Origin: Xanthobacteraceae bacterium
GTDB taxonomy: Bacteria; Pseudomonadota; Alphaproteobacteria; Rhizobiales; Xanthobacteraceae
Assembly (NCBI GenBank): GCA_036395835.1
Contig: DASWCW010000273.1
Location: forward strand, 2,571 to 66,570
Length of the DNA stretch: 64,000 nucleotides
Direction: 5' to 3'
How positions within the stretch are numbered: the stretch's first letter is position 1; every line of letters starts with the position of its first letter. This document shows, piece by piece, positions 47,743 through 56,179 of this stretch. The notes beneath the pieces are model-generated. The model was given only the letters and a program-made list of their open reading frames with translations. It searched no databases and was not told where the DNA came from. Position numbers and translations under genes: made by a program.

Positions 47743-47767
47743 GGAACCAGGGGCCGAATCGGCCGTT
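47743..47767 (+). promoter_or_regulatory. EcfG/general-stress-type promoter motif GGAAC-N16-CGTT with no downstream ORF
   Basis: GGAAC 47743-47747, 16-nt spacer, CGTT 47764-47767. It begins 30 nt after the stop at 47713. Confidence 0.55.
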
Positions 47768-47773
47768 GGCGTG

Positions 47774-47864
47774 TGCGGTCTTTGGCGGGACCGTAACCCC
47801 CTCCATGGGGTTTCCTCCCTCGACTTGGGCCGCTCCGGCATATCCGGGCGGCTCTTTTCTTCTC
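47774..47864 (+). ncRNA. candidate stress-dependent small RNA (about 90 nt), bounded by promoter motif and intrinsic terminator
   Basis: Expected TSS is about 47774. Hairpin CGGTC-N8-GACCG spans 47776-47793. Hairpin CCCC-cuccau-GGGG spans 47797-47810. A single-stranded UUCCUCCCU tract lies at 47812-47820. The terminator stem spans 47829-47852 and is followed by TCTTTTCTTCTC. Confidence 0.45.
47829..47864 (+). terminator. rho-independent terminator candidate
   Basis: GCCGC(T)CCGG-catat-CCGGGCGGC is a 9-bp stem with one bulge, followed by the T-rich tail TCTTTTCTTCTC. Confidence 0.5.
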
Positions 47865-48136
47865 GCAACCGGGCAGAGCCGGACGCCCATGACGATAGGC
47901 TCCCCGGGCCGAGGCCTCGAAGCGCATCGATGTGCTCAAAGCCAAGCTCGCCAAGAAGAAGAACGCGGGATCGGAGCGCGCTGGCTGAATGCCGGGTTCA
48001 CCATACGAGCAAGCAGAACACCGGGCCGTTGGCTCGGCGTTCGGCGCTTGTCGGCATGCTCGACCCGCTCGTCCTGCTCGTGACGCCGGGACTGTGCGTA
48101 CGGGCGGGACGCTGGCGCCCTTCCGTGCCGACGAAC

Positions 48137-48646
48137 TCAGGCCTGCTTGCGCGCGCCGCCCTCGCCCTCGGCGAGGATTTGCGTGTCGATCGAGATCGAA
48201 AGCGGAATGTCGCTGCCGACGAAGATCGGATGGAGCACATGCGACCGGTAGCGCCAGATATTGTCTTCGGCGAGCACGCAATCGCAGCTCAGATCCGCGA
48301 CCAGCATCGGCGGCCGTTCTCCCTGGAACGGCGGCCGGCCGTCGGCGCGGTAGAGGCTGATCACGCCGGTGATATGCGCCTGCTTCTCGTCCTGCGAAGC
48401 TACTTGCAAATTGTTGATCAGATGCCGCGTGGTCGTGTGGCCGCGCTGCCGGCGCCAGGCGTAGAACGCGCGGATCTTGTCGTGTCCCCGGAACTGGTTG
48501 TCGCCGACCGCGAACAGGCCGTCGTTCACATAAAATTCGTGGGCTTTGATTCCGGCATTGAAATCGACGTCATACCAGTAGTTCGTCTCCAGGCGGTGGA
48601 GCGCGAACCACAGCGCCGCTTCATCGCGATCATGGATGCCAGGCAT
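48137..48646 (-). CDS. SnoaL-like / NTF2-fold protein (ring-hydroxylating dioxygenase beta-subunit-like)
   Basis: Start MPGIHDRDEAALWFALHRLETNYWYDVDFN... at 48646. The fold-family pattern continues (FYVNDGLF...HLINNLQV...). Confidence 0.7.
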   Translation of the reverse strand: MPGIHDRDEAALWFALHRLETNYWYDVDFNAGIKAHEFYVNDGLFAVGDNQFRGHDKIRAFYAWRRQRGHTTTRHLINNLQVASQDEKQAHITGVISLYRADGRPPFQGERPPMLVADLSCDCVLAEDNIWRYRSHVLHPIFVGSDIPLSISIDTQILAEGEGGARKQA

Positions 48647-48784
48647 GGCGGGTTGCGTGCGGGACGATGCACCTCCGGATCCTCGCACCTAGAACAGAAT
48701 TCCGTCGAGCGCGGTTCCACTTCCCACGCCGGCGGATCGGCGGCAACCTGCAACGCACTCTTGCCGGATCAGCTCGCCCGACTG

Positions 48785-49120
48785 TCAGCCGCGCTTGCGG
48801 GTTCTCGTCCGCGCCGCCCGCGCCGGCCGGGCCGTCCGCGCCGCGCGCGGGCGTGCCGGAGCGCGTTTCGAGCTTGGCTTGGCGCGCCGCTTCGCTGCGC
48901 GCGGGGGCGGATGCTTGACCGGCGAGGCCGGCCGGACGAGCTGGCTCTCGCCGACGACGCGGTCGTGCGGCTCGCGCGCGCTCTTGATCTGATAGAAGAA
49001 CTCGCCGTTGTGATCCGGCAGCTGGCGCACGATCTGATATTCGGTGGTGGGGGCGGATCGCTGGTGAAAAGCGGGAACGAAGTCGACTTTCTCGCCAACG
49101 CCGAATTTATGTTCACTCAT
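48785..49120 (-). CDS. hypothetical protein with Lys/Arg-rich C-terminal tail
   Basis: MSEHKFGVGEKVDFVPAF...YQIVRQLPDHNGEFFYQIKS is a compact N-domain, followed by a basic tail. No clear RBS; an alternative TTG start lies at 49180. Confidence 0.45.
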   Translation of the reverse strand: MSEHKFGVGEKVDFVPAFHQRSAPTTEYQIVRQLPDHNGEFFYQIKSAREPHDRVVGESQLVRPASPVKHPPPRAAKRRAKPSSKRAPARPRAARTARPARAARTRTRKRG

Positions 49121-49386
49121 ACAAGCCGCGGAACAGGAGGATCGATCCGCCACCTTATCGGGTTTCGTGAAAATTGCCAAGGCCGATCAAGGCCTTGCAG
49201 TGCTCGCTGCGGCGATGGTTAAGGCCGTGCCGGCGCCTTCCAAGACCTCGAATCCGTGTCTATTTGACGCCTCCCGCAATTATTTGGACGAAACGGCGTC
49301 GATCCGGTATTTGTGCGATGCAGCATTTTCGCCGGGCTGCCGCTCCGGCACCCGGAGGGGCACGCCTGACGGCACGGCTCGAGGCC

Positions 49387-49785
49387 CTATGCCGGCGGTT
49401 TCCTGGCCAAGCGTTCGTTCACCCGCCCCATATCGACGACCATTCTGTGGTGGGTTCCGCGCCCGATTTCCTCGATCTCGTCGCGGGCGCTCACCTTGAA
49501 CTCGATGTGACGTCCATCGACCTTGGTGACTTCCGCCTCGGCCCGCACTTCGTGGCCCAAGGGGGTGGCGGCGAGGTGTCGGACGTCGACCGCGGTGCCG
49601 ACCGCGCTTTCGCCCGCATCGAGATAGCCGCGGATGGCGTCGAGCGCGGCATTCTCCATCGCCAGGATCATGACCGGCGTGGCGAGCACATTGGGCAGCG
49701 TGGGATCCTTGAAGCGGCTGGCGAGGTGCTCGGCGCGCACCCTCAGCTTGAAGCTGCCTTTGGCGCCTAGGGGAATGGAGCGCAT
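49387..49785 (-). CDS. hotdog-fold thioesterase family protein
   Basis: 132 aa. VLATPVMILAMENAALDAI...VGTAVDVRHLAATPLG...IEFKVSARDE resembles the FlK/YbgC-like thioesterase pattern. Confidence 0.78.
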   Translation of the reverse strand: MRSIPLGAKGSFKLRVRAEHLASRFKDPTLPNVLATPVMILAMENAALDAIRGYLDAGESAVGTAVDVRHLAATPLGHEVRAEAEVTKVDGRHIEFKVSARDEIEEIGRGTHHRMVVDMGRVNERLARKPPA

Positions 49786-49892
49786 GGGCTTCTCTCGCGG
49801 TTGCCGATACCTCAGGGACAGATATAACCGGAACCGCTCGGGCCCTGCAGCATGGCAAGCTTGCGCGCGCTCGAGCTGAACGGAAGTTGAGA

Positions 49893-50192
49893 TCAGAACC
49901 CCGTCACGGCCTGACGGATGTGCTCGACCTCGGGCGGGCTAGCAAAGCAATGTCCGACCAGCTTGCGCCATTGCTGAAAATCCTCGGAACTTCTGAACTC
50001 GACCGTGTGATTCTCGACCGTATCCCATTTGACCAACAGCCGGTAGCGCTGCGGCTTTTCCACCGAACGATGCAGTTCCATGCCTTTGCATCCGCGAGCG
50101 CGCTTGAAGAGCGGCGCCGCCTCTTTCACGCCCGCCTCGAACTCGGCTTCCAGTCCGGGCTTGATGTCGATCTGCGCAAGTTCCAGCACCAT
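49893..50192 (-). CDS. antibiotic biosynthesis monooxygenase (ABM) family protein
   Basis: 99 aa. MVLELAQIDIKPGLEAEFEAGVKEAAPLF...YRLLVKWDTVENH is the ABM ferredoxin-like pattern. Confidence 0.82.
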   Translation of the reverse strand: MVLELAQIDIKPGLEAEFEAGVKEAAPLFKRARGCKGMELHRSVEKPQRYRLLVKWDTVENHTVEFRSSEDFQQWRKLVGHCFASPPEVEHIRQAVTGF

Positions 50193-50221
50193 GGCTTCCG
50201 CTCCTCGTCAAATCCGTTGCG

Positions 50222-51211
50222 TCACAGCGCCGCCCGGCGGGCCGGAAGAATTTGCGCCCGCAATCGGGCAGCGATCACCCCGACGATTCCCCTCGGCATA
50301 TAGATGATGAAGATGACCAGCAGGATGCCGTAGATGGTATTGGCGGCCCCGATCCAGGTCGTGCCGAACCAGACGCGCAGAGCCTCGCCGAGCACGATCG
50401 TGAGCACGGCTCCGACCGTCGGGCCGAGCATGGAGTACATGCCTCCCGCGATCGCGGCGAACACGATCTGCAACGACACGCCGACGCCCGCGAGCGTATC
50501 GGGATTGAGATACATCACGAACTGTCCGTACAGCGCGCCGCCGAGCGCGGTCATCGCCGCGCTGATGATGGTGACCGTGAGCTTCTGGCGGGTGACGTGG
50601 ATGCCGATCGCGGCCGCGGCGCCCTCGTCCTCCGAGATCGCCTCGAGGGCCGCGCTCGCCATGCTGGCGTCGACGCGCCGCCACACCCAAAGGCCGAACA
50701 GCCAGAGCACCAGCGCAAGAAAGTAGAAATAGCGCTTGTCCGCGAATTGGATTGCGAACCACGACGGCGTCGGAACGCCGCTCGGCGTCATTCCCAGCGA
50801 TCCTCCGGTGATGTCCCGCATGGCGACGATCGAGAGCCGCGTCACTTCGGCGAGAGCCAGCGTCACCAGCGCGAAATAATGTCCGACCACCTTGAGCCGG
50901 AAGCACGGATAGCCGATCACGATCGCGAGCAGCACCGCCAGCGCGACGCCGACGGGGATGCCGAGCCAGGGCGTGAGCCCGGCGAAGTTCCACAGCAGGC
51001 CGGCCGTATAGGCGCCGGTGCCCAGAAACGCCCCGTGGCCGAGCGACACCAGGCCGAATTTTCCCATCAGCGACCAGGCGGTGTAGATGAAGCCCCAGAT
51101 CAAGATGAGGATCACGATGTGCAGGAAATACGAGGAGGGGGAAAGCCACGGCAGCGCCGCCAGGACGGCGAGTCCGGCGAGTCCGGCGAGCCATGGCGCG
51201 CGCGTGCTCAT
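50222..51211 (-). CDS. branched-chain amino acid-type ABC transporter permease (LivM-like)
   Basis: Start MSTRAPWLAGLAGLAVLAALPW at 51211 forms an ATGA overlap with the upstream permease stop. Multi-TM with LVSLGHGAFLGTGAY. Confidence 0.9.
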   Translation of the reverse strand: MSTRAPWLAGLAGLAVLAALPWLSPSSYFLHIVILILIWGFIYTAWSLMGKFGLVSLGHGAFLGTGAYTAGLLWNFAGLTPWLGIPVGVALAVLLAIVIGYPCFRLKVVGHYFALVTLALAEVTRLSIVAMRDITGGSLGMTPSGVPTPSWFAIQFADKRYFYFLALVLWLFGLWVWRRVDASMASAALEAISEDEGAAAAIGIHVTRQKLTVTIISAAMTALGGALYGQFVMYLNPDTLAGVGVSLQIVFAAIAGGMYSMLGPTVGAVLTIVLGEALRVWFGTTWIGAANTIYGILLVIFIIYMPRGIVGVIAARLRAQILPARRAAL

Positions 51212-52065
51212 GATCGCCCGAAGATCCCCTGCGGCCGCAGGAAGATCAACGCGATGAACACCACGAAGGCCAGCACTTCGCCGATCTCCTGGGAAAAATA
51301 GAAGCCGCCGATCGAGATGATCTCGCTCATGATGAAGGCGGCCGCAAACCCGCCGATCATGTTGCCGAGCCCACCCAGCACGCAGATCATGAAGGTGATG
51401 GGACCGAACGACAGCCCGATGAAGGGATGCACGTCGTATTGCAGCACCAGCAGGCAGGCGGCAAGCCCGGCCAGCGCCCCGCCGATCGCCGAAGTGACGA
51501 GGTAGATGCGCCGCTGGTCCACTCCCATCAGCCCGACGATTTCCCGATCCTGGCCGATGGCGCGGATCGCAGTGCCGAGAAAGCTCTTCGACAGGAACAG
51601 ATAGAGCGCGCCGGCGCCCAGCACGGCAACGCCGAAAGCGATGAGGCGGGCGAAGCTGATGCTCATCTCCGCGAATTCGAGAATCGGCAGGCGTAGGCCG
51701 ATGTTGCGGAAGTCGGTGCCGAACAGCAGGGTGGCGAAACTCTGCAGGAAGAACAGCAGGCCGCCGGTGGCGAGCAGCTGATTGATCGCCGGCGAGCCGA
51801 GGATCGGCGCGATGATGAGCTGGTGCACCAGCATTCCGAACAAGGCGACGCTCAGGATCGCGGCCACAGCCGCGAGCGCCAGCGGCCAGTGATAATACCC
51901 GTAGAGCCAATAGACCACGTACATGCCGCACATCACCAACTCGGCATAGGCGATCCACACCACGTCGATGACGCCGAAAATCAGGTTGAGGCCGAGCGCG
52001 AGCAGCGCCAGCACGCCGCCCAGCAGCAATCCGTTGAGGAGAGCTTCGACAAGATAAATGTCCAT
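51208..52065 (-). CDS. branched-chain amino acid-type ABC transporter permease (LivH-like)
   Basis: Start MDIYLVEALLNGLLLGGVLALLALGLNLIFGV at 52065 is the canonical LivH N-terminus. Confidence 0.9.
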   Translation of the reverse strand: MDIYLVEALLNGLLLGGVLALLALGLNLIFGVIDVVWIAYAELVMCGMYVVYWLYGYYHWPLALAAVAAILSVALFGMLVHQLIIAPILGSPAINQLLATGGLLFFLQSFATLLFGTDFRNIGLRLPILEFAEMSISFARLIAFGVAVLGAGALYLFLSKSFLGTAIRAIGQDREIVGLMGVDQRRIYLVTSAIGGALAGLAACLLVLQYDVHPFIGLSFGPITFMICVLGGLGNMIGGFAAAFIMSEIISIGGFYFSQEIGEVLAFVVFIALIFLRPQGIFGRS

Positions 52066-52078
52066 CGCCTCGAGTTCC

Positions 52079-52783
<705 letters not shown>

Positions 52784-52820
52784 GACCGGCGCTCACGCTA
52801 ACGCGGCCGCGGACGCTTCC

Positions 52821-52865
52821 CTCGCCCGCTTGCGGGGGAGGGGGCGGCCCCCGCAAGCGGGAGAG
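52821..52865. repeat. intercistronic GC-rich inverted repeat (REP-like hairpin)
   Basis: CCCGCTTGCGGGGG (52825-52838) and CCCCCGCAAGCGGG (52848-52861) form a perfect 14-bp stem with a 9-nt loop. It lies in the 131-nt gap between the two ATPase genes. Confidence 0.6.
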
Positions 52866-52914
52866 GTGACCGGAGTGCGCGGCTCGCGCGCAGTATCGTC
52901 GAGAATCCTACAAA

Positions 52915-53640
52915 TCACTTGTGGCCCTTGCCCAGATAGACTTCGATCACGCGGGGATCCCGCGCGACCTGCTCGGGGGCACCTTCGAAGATCTTCTCGC
53001 CGTGGTCCAGCACGATCACCCGATCGACCACGCGCATCAGCACCCCCATGATGTGCTCGACCCAGATGATGGTGATGCCGAGCTCGGCGCGAATCCGCTC
53101 GAGCACGGCCGCGGCCTGATCCATCTCGGTATGATCGAGGCCGCCCAGGCTCTCGTCGGCAAGCAGGATCCGCGGCTGCGTCGCCAACGCGCGCGCGAGC
53201 TCGAGCTTTTTGAGCCCGGCAGCGCCCAGGCTTTCCGTCTTGGCGGCCGGATCGCTGGGGAGGCCCGCGAGCTCGAGCGCGCGCGCCGCCTGGCGCTCGG
53301 CTTCGCCGCGCGTGACGGCTCGGCGCTGGCCGAAGAACGCCGCCAGCGTCACATTGCCCAGCAGGCTGAGCTTGCGGAACGGCCGCGGGATCTGGAACGT
53401 GCGGGCAAGTCCGAGATGACAGACTTGGTCGGCGCTCATGCCGCCGATCTCGGAGCCGTCGAGCCGGATCGAGCCGGCACTCGGCCGCATCGCGCCGGCG
53501 ATCAGGTTGAAGATCGTGCTCTTGCCGGAGCCGTTGGGGCCGATCAGTCCGAGGATCTCGCCCTCGGTGAGCTCGAACGAGACCCGGTTGACCGCCAGGA
53601 ATCCATCGAAGCTCTTGCTCAACGATTCGACGACCAGCAC
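52915..53640 (-). CDS. ABC transporter ATP-binding protein (LivG-like)
   Basis: 241 aa. Walker A GPNGSGKST, Walker B ILLADESLGGLD, LivG-type C-terminus. Confidence 0.92.
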   Translation of the reverse strand: MLVVESLSKSFDGFLAVNRVSFELTEGEILGLIGPNGSGKSTIFNLIAGAMRPSAGSIRLDGSEIGGMSADQVCHLGLARTFQIPRPFRKLSLLGNVTLAAFFGQRRAVTRGEAERQAARALELAGLPSDPAAKTESLGAAGLKKLELARALATQPRILLADESLGGLDHTEMDQAAAVLERIRAELGITIIWVEHIMGVLMRVVDRVIVLDHGEKIFEGAPEQVARDPRVIEVYLGKGHK

Positions 53641-53718
53641 CGGCCGACCTCGATGGTTCGACTCAATCGCGCGCGCTCGCCTTGCGCCCGAAAGCGAGGG
53701 CGGGCGCGCAGGTCGGCA

Positions 53719-55038
53719 TCACATCATGGCGTAAGGAGACGAGGCCGGCAGCGGCAGCACGGGGTCGGCCGTGCGGATGGGAGTAGGCCACACCACCTTG
53801 GTGCCGTCCTTCACGTACTGCATCACGACCGGGGTCGAGCGCTCGTTCTGGCCCGACATCGGCGTGCCCGGCGGGAAGAATTTGACGCCGTAGCCCTGGA
53901 TGGTGCCGCCGGGTGCAATGTCGATATCGAGCGCGGCCTTGCGCACCGCCTCCGGATTGGTGCCGCCGTATTTGCCGATCGCAATCGGCAGCACCTTCTC
54001 CAGCAGCAGCCAGGTCTGATTGAATCCCATCGAAGTGTGCGGAGGAACTTCCTTGGCGCTGGTCTGCGCCTTGTAGCGATCGACCATGACCTTGATGAGA
54101 TCGCCCATTCCGGGCGCCAGCGTCTTCGCGTCGAGCAGCTGTGCCGGCACCGGGTCCACGTTGCAGAAATGCTCGACGTCGGCGCCGAACGTTTCGCGCA
54201 GCTTATCGATCTGGCTGTAGCCCGCGCCATTGCCGATCAGCATCTTGAAACGCAGGCCGGCTTCGCGCGACTGGCGCAGGAACAATGTAATGTCGGGATT
54301 ATATCCGGTGTGGAGGATGACGTCGGCACGCGCGCGCTTGAGCTTGGTCACCAGCGAGGAAAGATCCGGCGTGCTCGCCGAATAACCTTCCTTGAGCACG
54401 ACCTGGGTGATGCCGCGCTCCTTGCATTGCGCGACGTCGGCCTCTGCGACACCGGTGCCGTAGGGGCCGTCCTCGTAGATCACCGCGACCTTGAGATCCT
54501 TGGGTTCGATGCCGAGCTTGGCCTTGGCATTCTCCGCGAGGAAGGATGCTCCGGCTTCGCCGTATTGATCGGAATGGATCTGCGCGCGGAACACGTAGTG
54601 CAGATCCTTGCCCTTGAACACCGAGGAGGCAATGGCGGTGGTGATCCACAGGATCTTCTTCTGCGCCTCGAGCTTGGCGGCGAGCGGCACCGCATGCGCG
54701 CTCGAATAGATGCCGAGGATGATGTCGACCTTCTCCTGGTCGATCAGCCGCTCCGCCTCGTTGATGGCGACGTCGGCCTTGCTCTGGGAATCGGCCTTGA
54801 TCGGCTCGATCTTGTATTTGCCGAGCACGCCGCCGTGCTCGTTGGCAAGATCGATCGCGATCTGCGCGCCGACCGCGCACGGCATCGATCCGGCCGCCGC
54901 GAATGGGCCGGACAGATCGTAGAGCACACCGATCCGGATCGGTTTTTCCTGCGCCCGAAGCAGTGACGGCACGCCGAGAAGCGGGCCGGCCGCGATGCCG
55001 GACGCCGCGAGCTTGAGCAGGGTACGCCGCGTCTGCAT
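53719..55038 (-). CDS. ABC transporter substrate-binding protein (LivK/type I periplasmic binding fold), Tat-type signal
   Basis: The ATG at 55038 follows AGGGAGGA. MQTRRTLLKLAASGIAAGPLLGVPSLLRA is the signal. IRIGVLYDLSGPFAAAG is typical of the Leu/Ile/Val-binding family. The upstream part of ORF 53719-55425 is discarded. Confidence 0.9.
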   Translation of the reverse strand: MQTRRTLLKLAASGIAAGPLLGVPSLLRAQEKPIRIGVLYDLSGPFAAAGSMPCAVGAQIAIDLANEHGGVLGKYKIEPIKADSQSKADVAINEAERLIDQEKVDIILGIYSSAHAVPLAAKLEAQKKILWITTAIASSVFKGKDLHYVFRAQIHSDQYGEAGASFLAENAKAKLGIEPKDLKVAVIYEDGPYGTGVAEADVAQCKERGITQVVLKEGYSASTPDLSSLVTKLKRARADVILHTGYNPDITLFLRQSREAGLRFKMLIGNGAGYSQIDKLRETFGADVEHFCNVDPVPAQLLDAKTLAPGMGDLIKVMVDRYKAQTSAKEVPPHTSMGFNQTWLLLEKVLPIAIGKYGGTNPEAVRKAALDIDIAPGGTIQGYGVKFFPPGTPMSGQNERSTPVVMQYVKDGTKVVWPTPIRTADPVLPLPASSPYAMM

Positions 55039-55187
55039 GGGATCCTCCCTATGTGATTGAAATACAATAACTTTCTTGTCAAAAGCGTAGTGGTCGCCAA
55101 GTTTGCTGTCAATAGCCGGGTCGTCTTGGAATGGACATTGTAAATGAGCATTTCCCGACGATGATGTCTTGCGAATAAAGGTTTGTC

Positions 55188-56003
55188 GTGAACCTCCGGG
55201 CGAATCTGCGCGTCGGACTTGCGGGACTGGGCGCGATCGGAATGGCGATTGCGCGCCGGGTTGAGGCCGGAATTCCCGGGCTGACGCTCGGCGCCGCTGC
55301 GGCGCGCGACAACAGCGCCGCGGCAGCGAGGCTTGCGGCAAACGGCATCGCGACGCGGATGGTGGCGGTCGCGGCGCTTCCCGAGCATTGCGAGGTGATC
55401 GTCGAATGCGCGCCCGCGGCGGCATTTCGCTCGATCGCCGCGCCCGCGATCGAGGCGGGGCGGATCTTCATCGCGTTGAGCGCCGGTGCGCTGCTCGACC
55501 ATATGGAACTGATTGAGCGGGCCGCACAGACGGGTGCCCGCATCCTGGTGCCGACCGGAGCGCTGATCGGGCTCGACGCGGTGCGCGCCGCTGCCGAGGG
55601 GACCATCGGTTCGGTCAAGCTGGTCTCGCGTAAGCCGCCGTCGGGGCTCGTCGGCGCGCCGTATCTGCAGGCGCGCGGCATCACGCTCGCCGGCCTTGCC
55701 GAGCCGCTCAAATTGTTCGAGGGCAGCGCGCGCGAAGGGGTGCGGGGCTTTCCCGCCAACGTCAATGTCTCGGCGGCGCTGGCGCTCGCCGGCATCGGCC
55801 CCGATCGCACCCGCCTGGAGATCTGGGCCGACCCGGGGATTTCTCGCAACATCCATCACATCGAGGTCGATGCGGATTCCGCGCGCTTCTCCATGAGGAT
55901 CGAGAACGTGCCCTCGGAAAACCCGCGGACCGGAAAGATCACGGCGCTGAGCGCGATCGCCTGCCTGCGCGGCCTGGTGAGCACGCTGAAGGTCGGAAGC
56001 TGA
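55188..56003 (+). CDS. nadX: L-aspartate dehydrogenase
   Basis: 271 aa, GTG start. GLAGLGAIG is a Rossmann motif. The C-terminal NIHHIEVDADSARFSMRIENVPSENPRTGKITALS matches the aspartate dehydrogenase family. Confidence 0.82.
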   Translation: MNLRANLRVGLAGLGAIGMAIARRVEAGIPGLTLGAAAARDNSAAAARLAANGIATRMVAVAALPEHCEVIVECAPAAAFRSIAAPAIEAGRIFIALSAGALLDHMELIERAAQTGARILVPTGALIGLDAVRAAAEGTIGSVKLVSRKPPSGLVGAPYLQARGITLAGLAEPLKLFEGSAREGVRGFPANVNVSAALALAGIGPDRTRLEIWADPGISRNIHHIEVDADSARFSMRIENVPSENPRTGKITALSAIACLRGLVSTLKVGS

Positions 56004-56119
56004 TTGTCAGCGATCATGCGAATGGGCACGACCGGGCCGCTCGCCGGACGATTTGCTCATGGTCTCCGGCGCGATGTGTACCTTCGGCGAACGCGACAAA
56101 TCGTTTCCTGCTCATGAGC

Positions 56120-56148
56120 GTCGGCCCCGCGCAATGCGCGGGGCCGAC
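56120..56148. repeat. 29-nt perfect palindrome between convergent genes
   Basis: GTCGGCCCCGCGCA-A-TGCGCGGGGCCGAC has 14-nt arms. It is preceded by the 10-nt palindrome GCTCATGAGC. There is no clear U-tract on either strand. Confidence 0.55.
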
Positions 56149-56179
56149 GGGCACTGCCAAGCCGGAAGCAAGCAGTCGC

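Noticed and set aside
47899-47988. Protein-like frame ending ...SKRIDVLKAKLAKKKNAGSERAG, then stop
   Set aside because: The frame is only 29 codons long between stops, with no ATG and no RBS. It may be a relic of a decayed gene but cannot be supported as a feature.
47688-48083. 131-aa ORF, and its internal ATG at 47805, spanning the sRNA candidate and terminator
   Set aside because: There is no RBS (the ATG is embedded in CCCCCTCCATGGGG) and the composition is Arg/Ser/Gly-rich shadow-type. It also reads straight through a terminator hairpin. A non-coding RNA explains the promoter/terminator pair better.
55039-55187. AT-rich divergent region between the binding-protein gene and nadX, with repeated TGTCAA half-sites (TCTTGTCAAAAG / TGCTGTCAATAG)
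   Set aside because: It could be an operator, but there is no regulator gene nearby and the repeat is short enough to be chance. It is not supportable as a defined site.
56004-56119. Tiny minus-strand ORFs (MSRKRFVAFAEGTHRAGDHEQIVRRAARSCPFA, 33 aa; MSKSSGERPGRAHSHDR, 17 aa) between nadX and the DoxX gene
   Set aside because: There is no RBS and no recognisable family, and they are too short to support from sequence alone.
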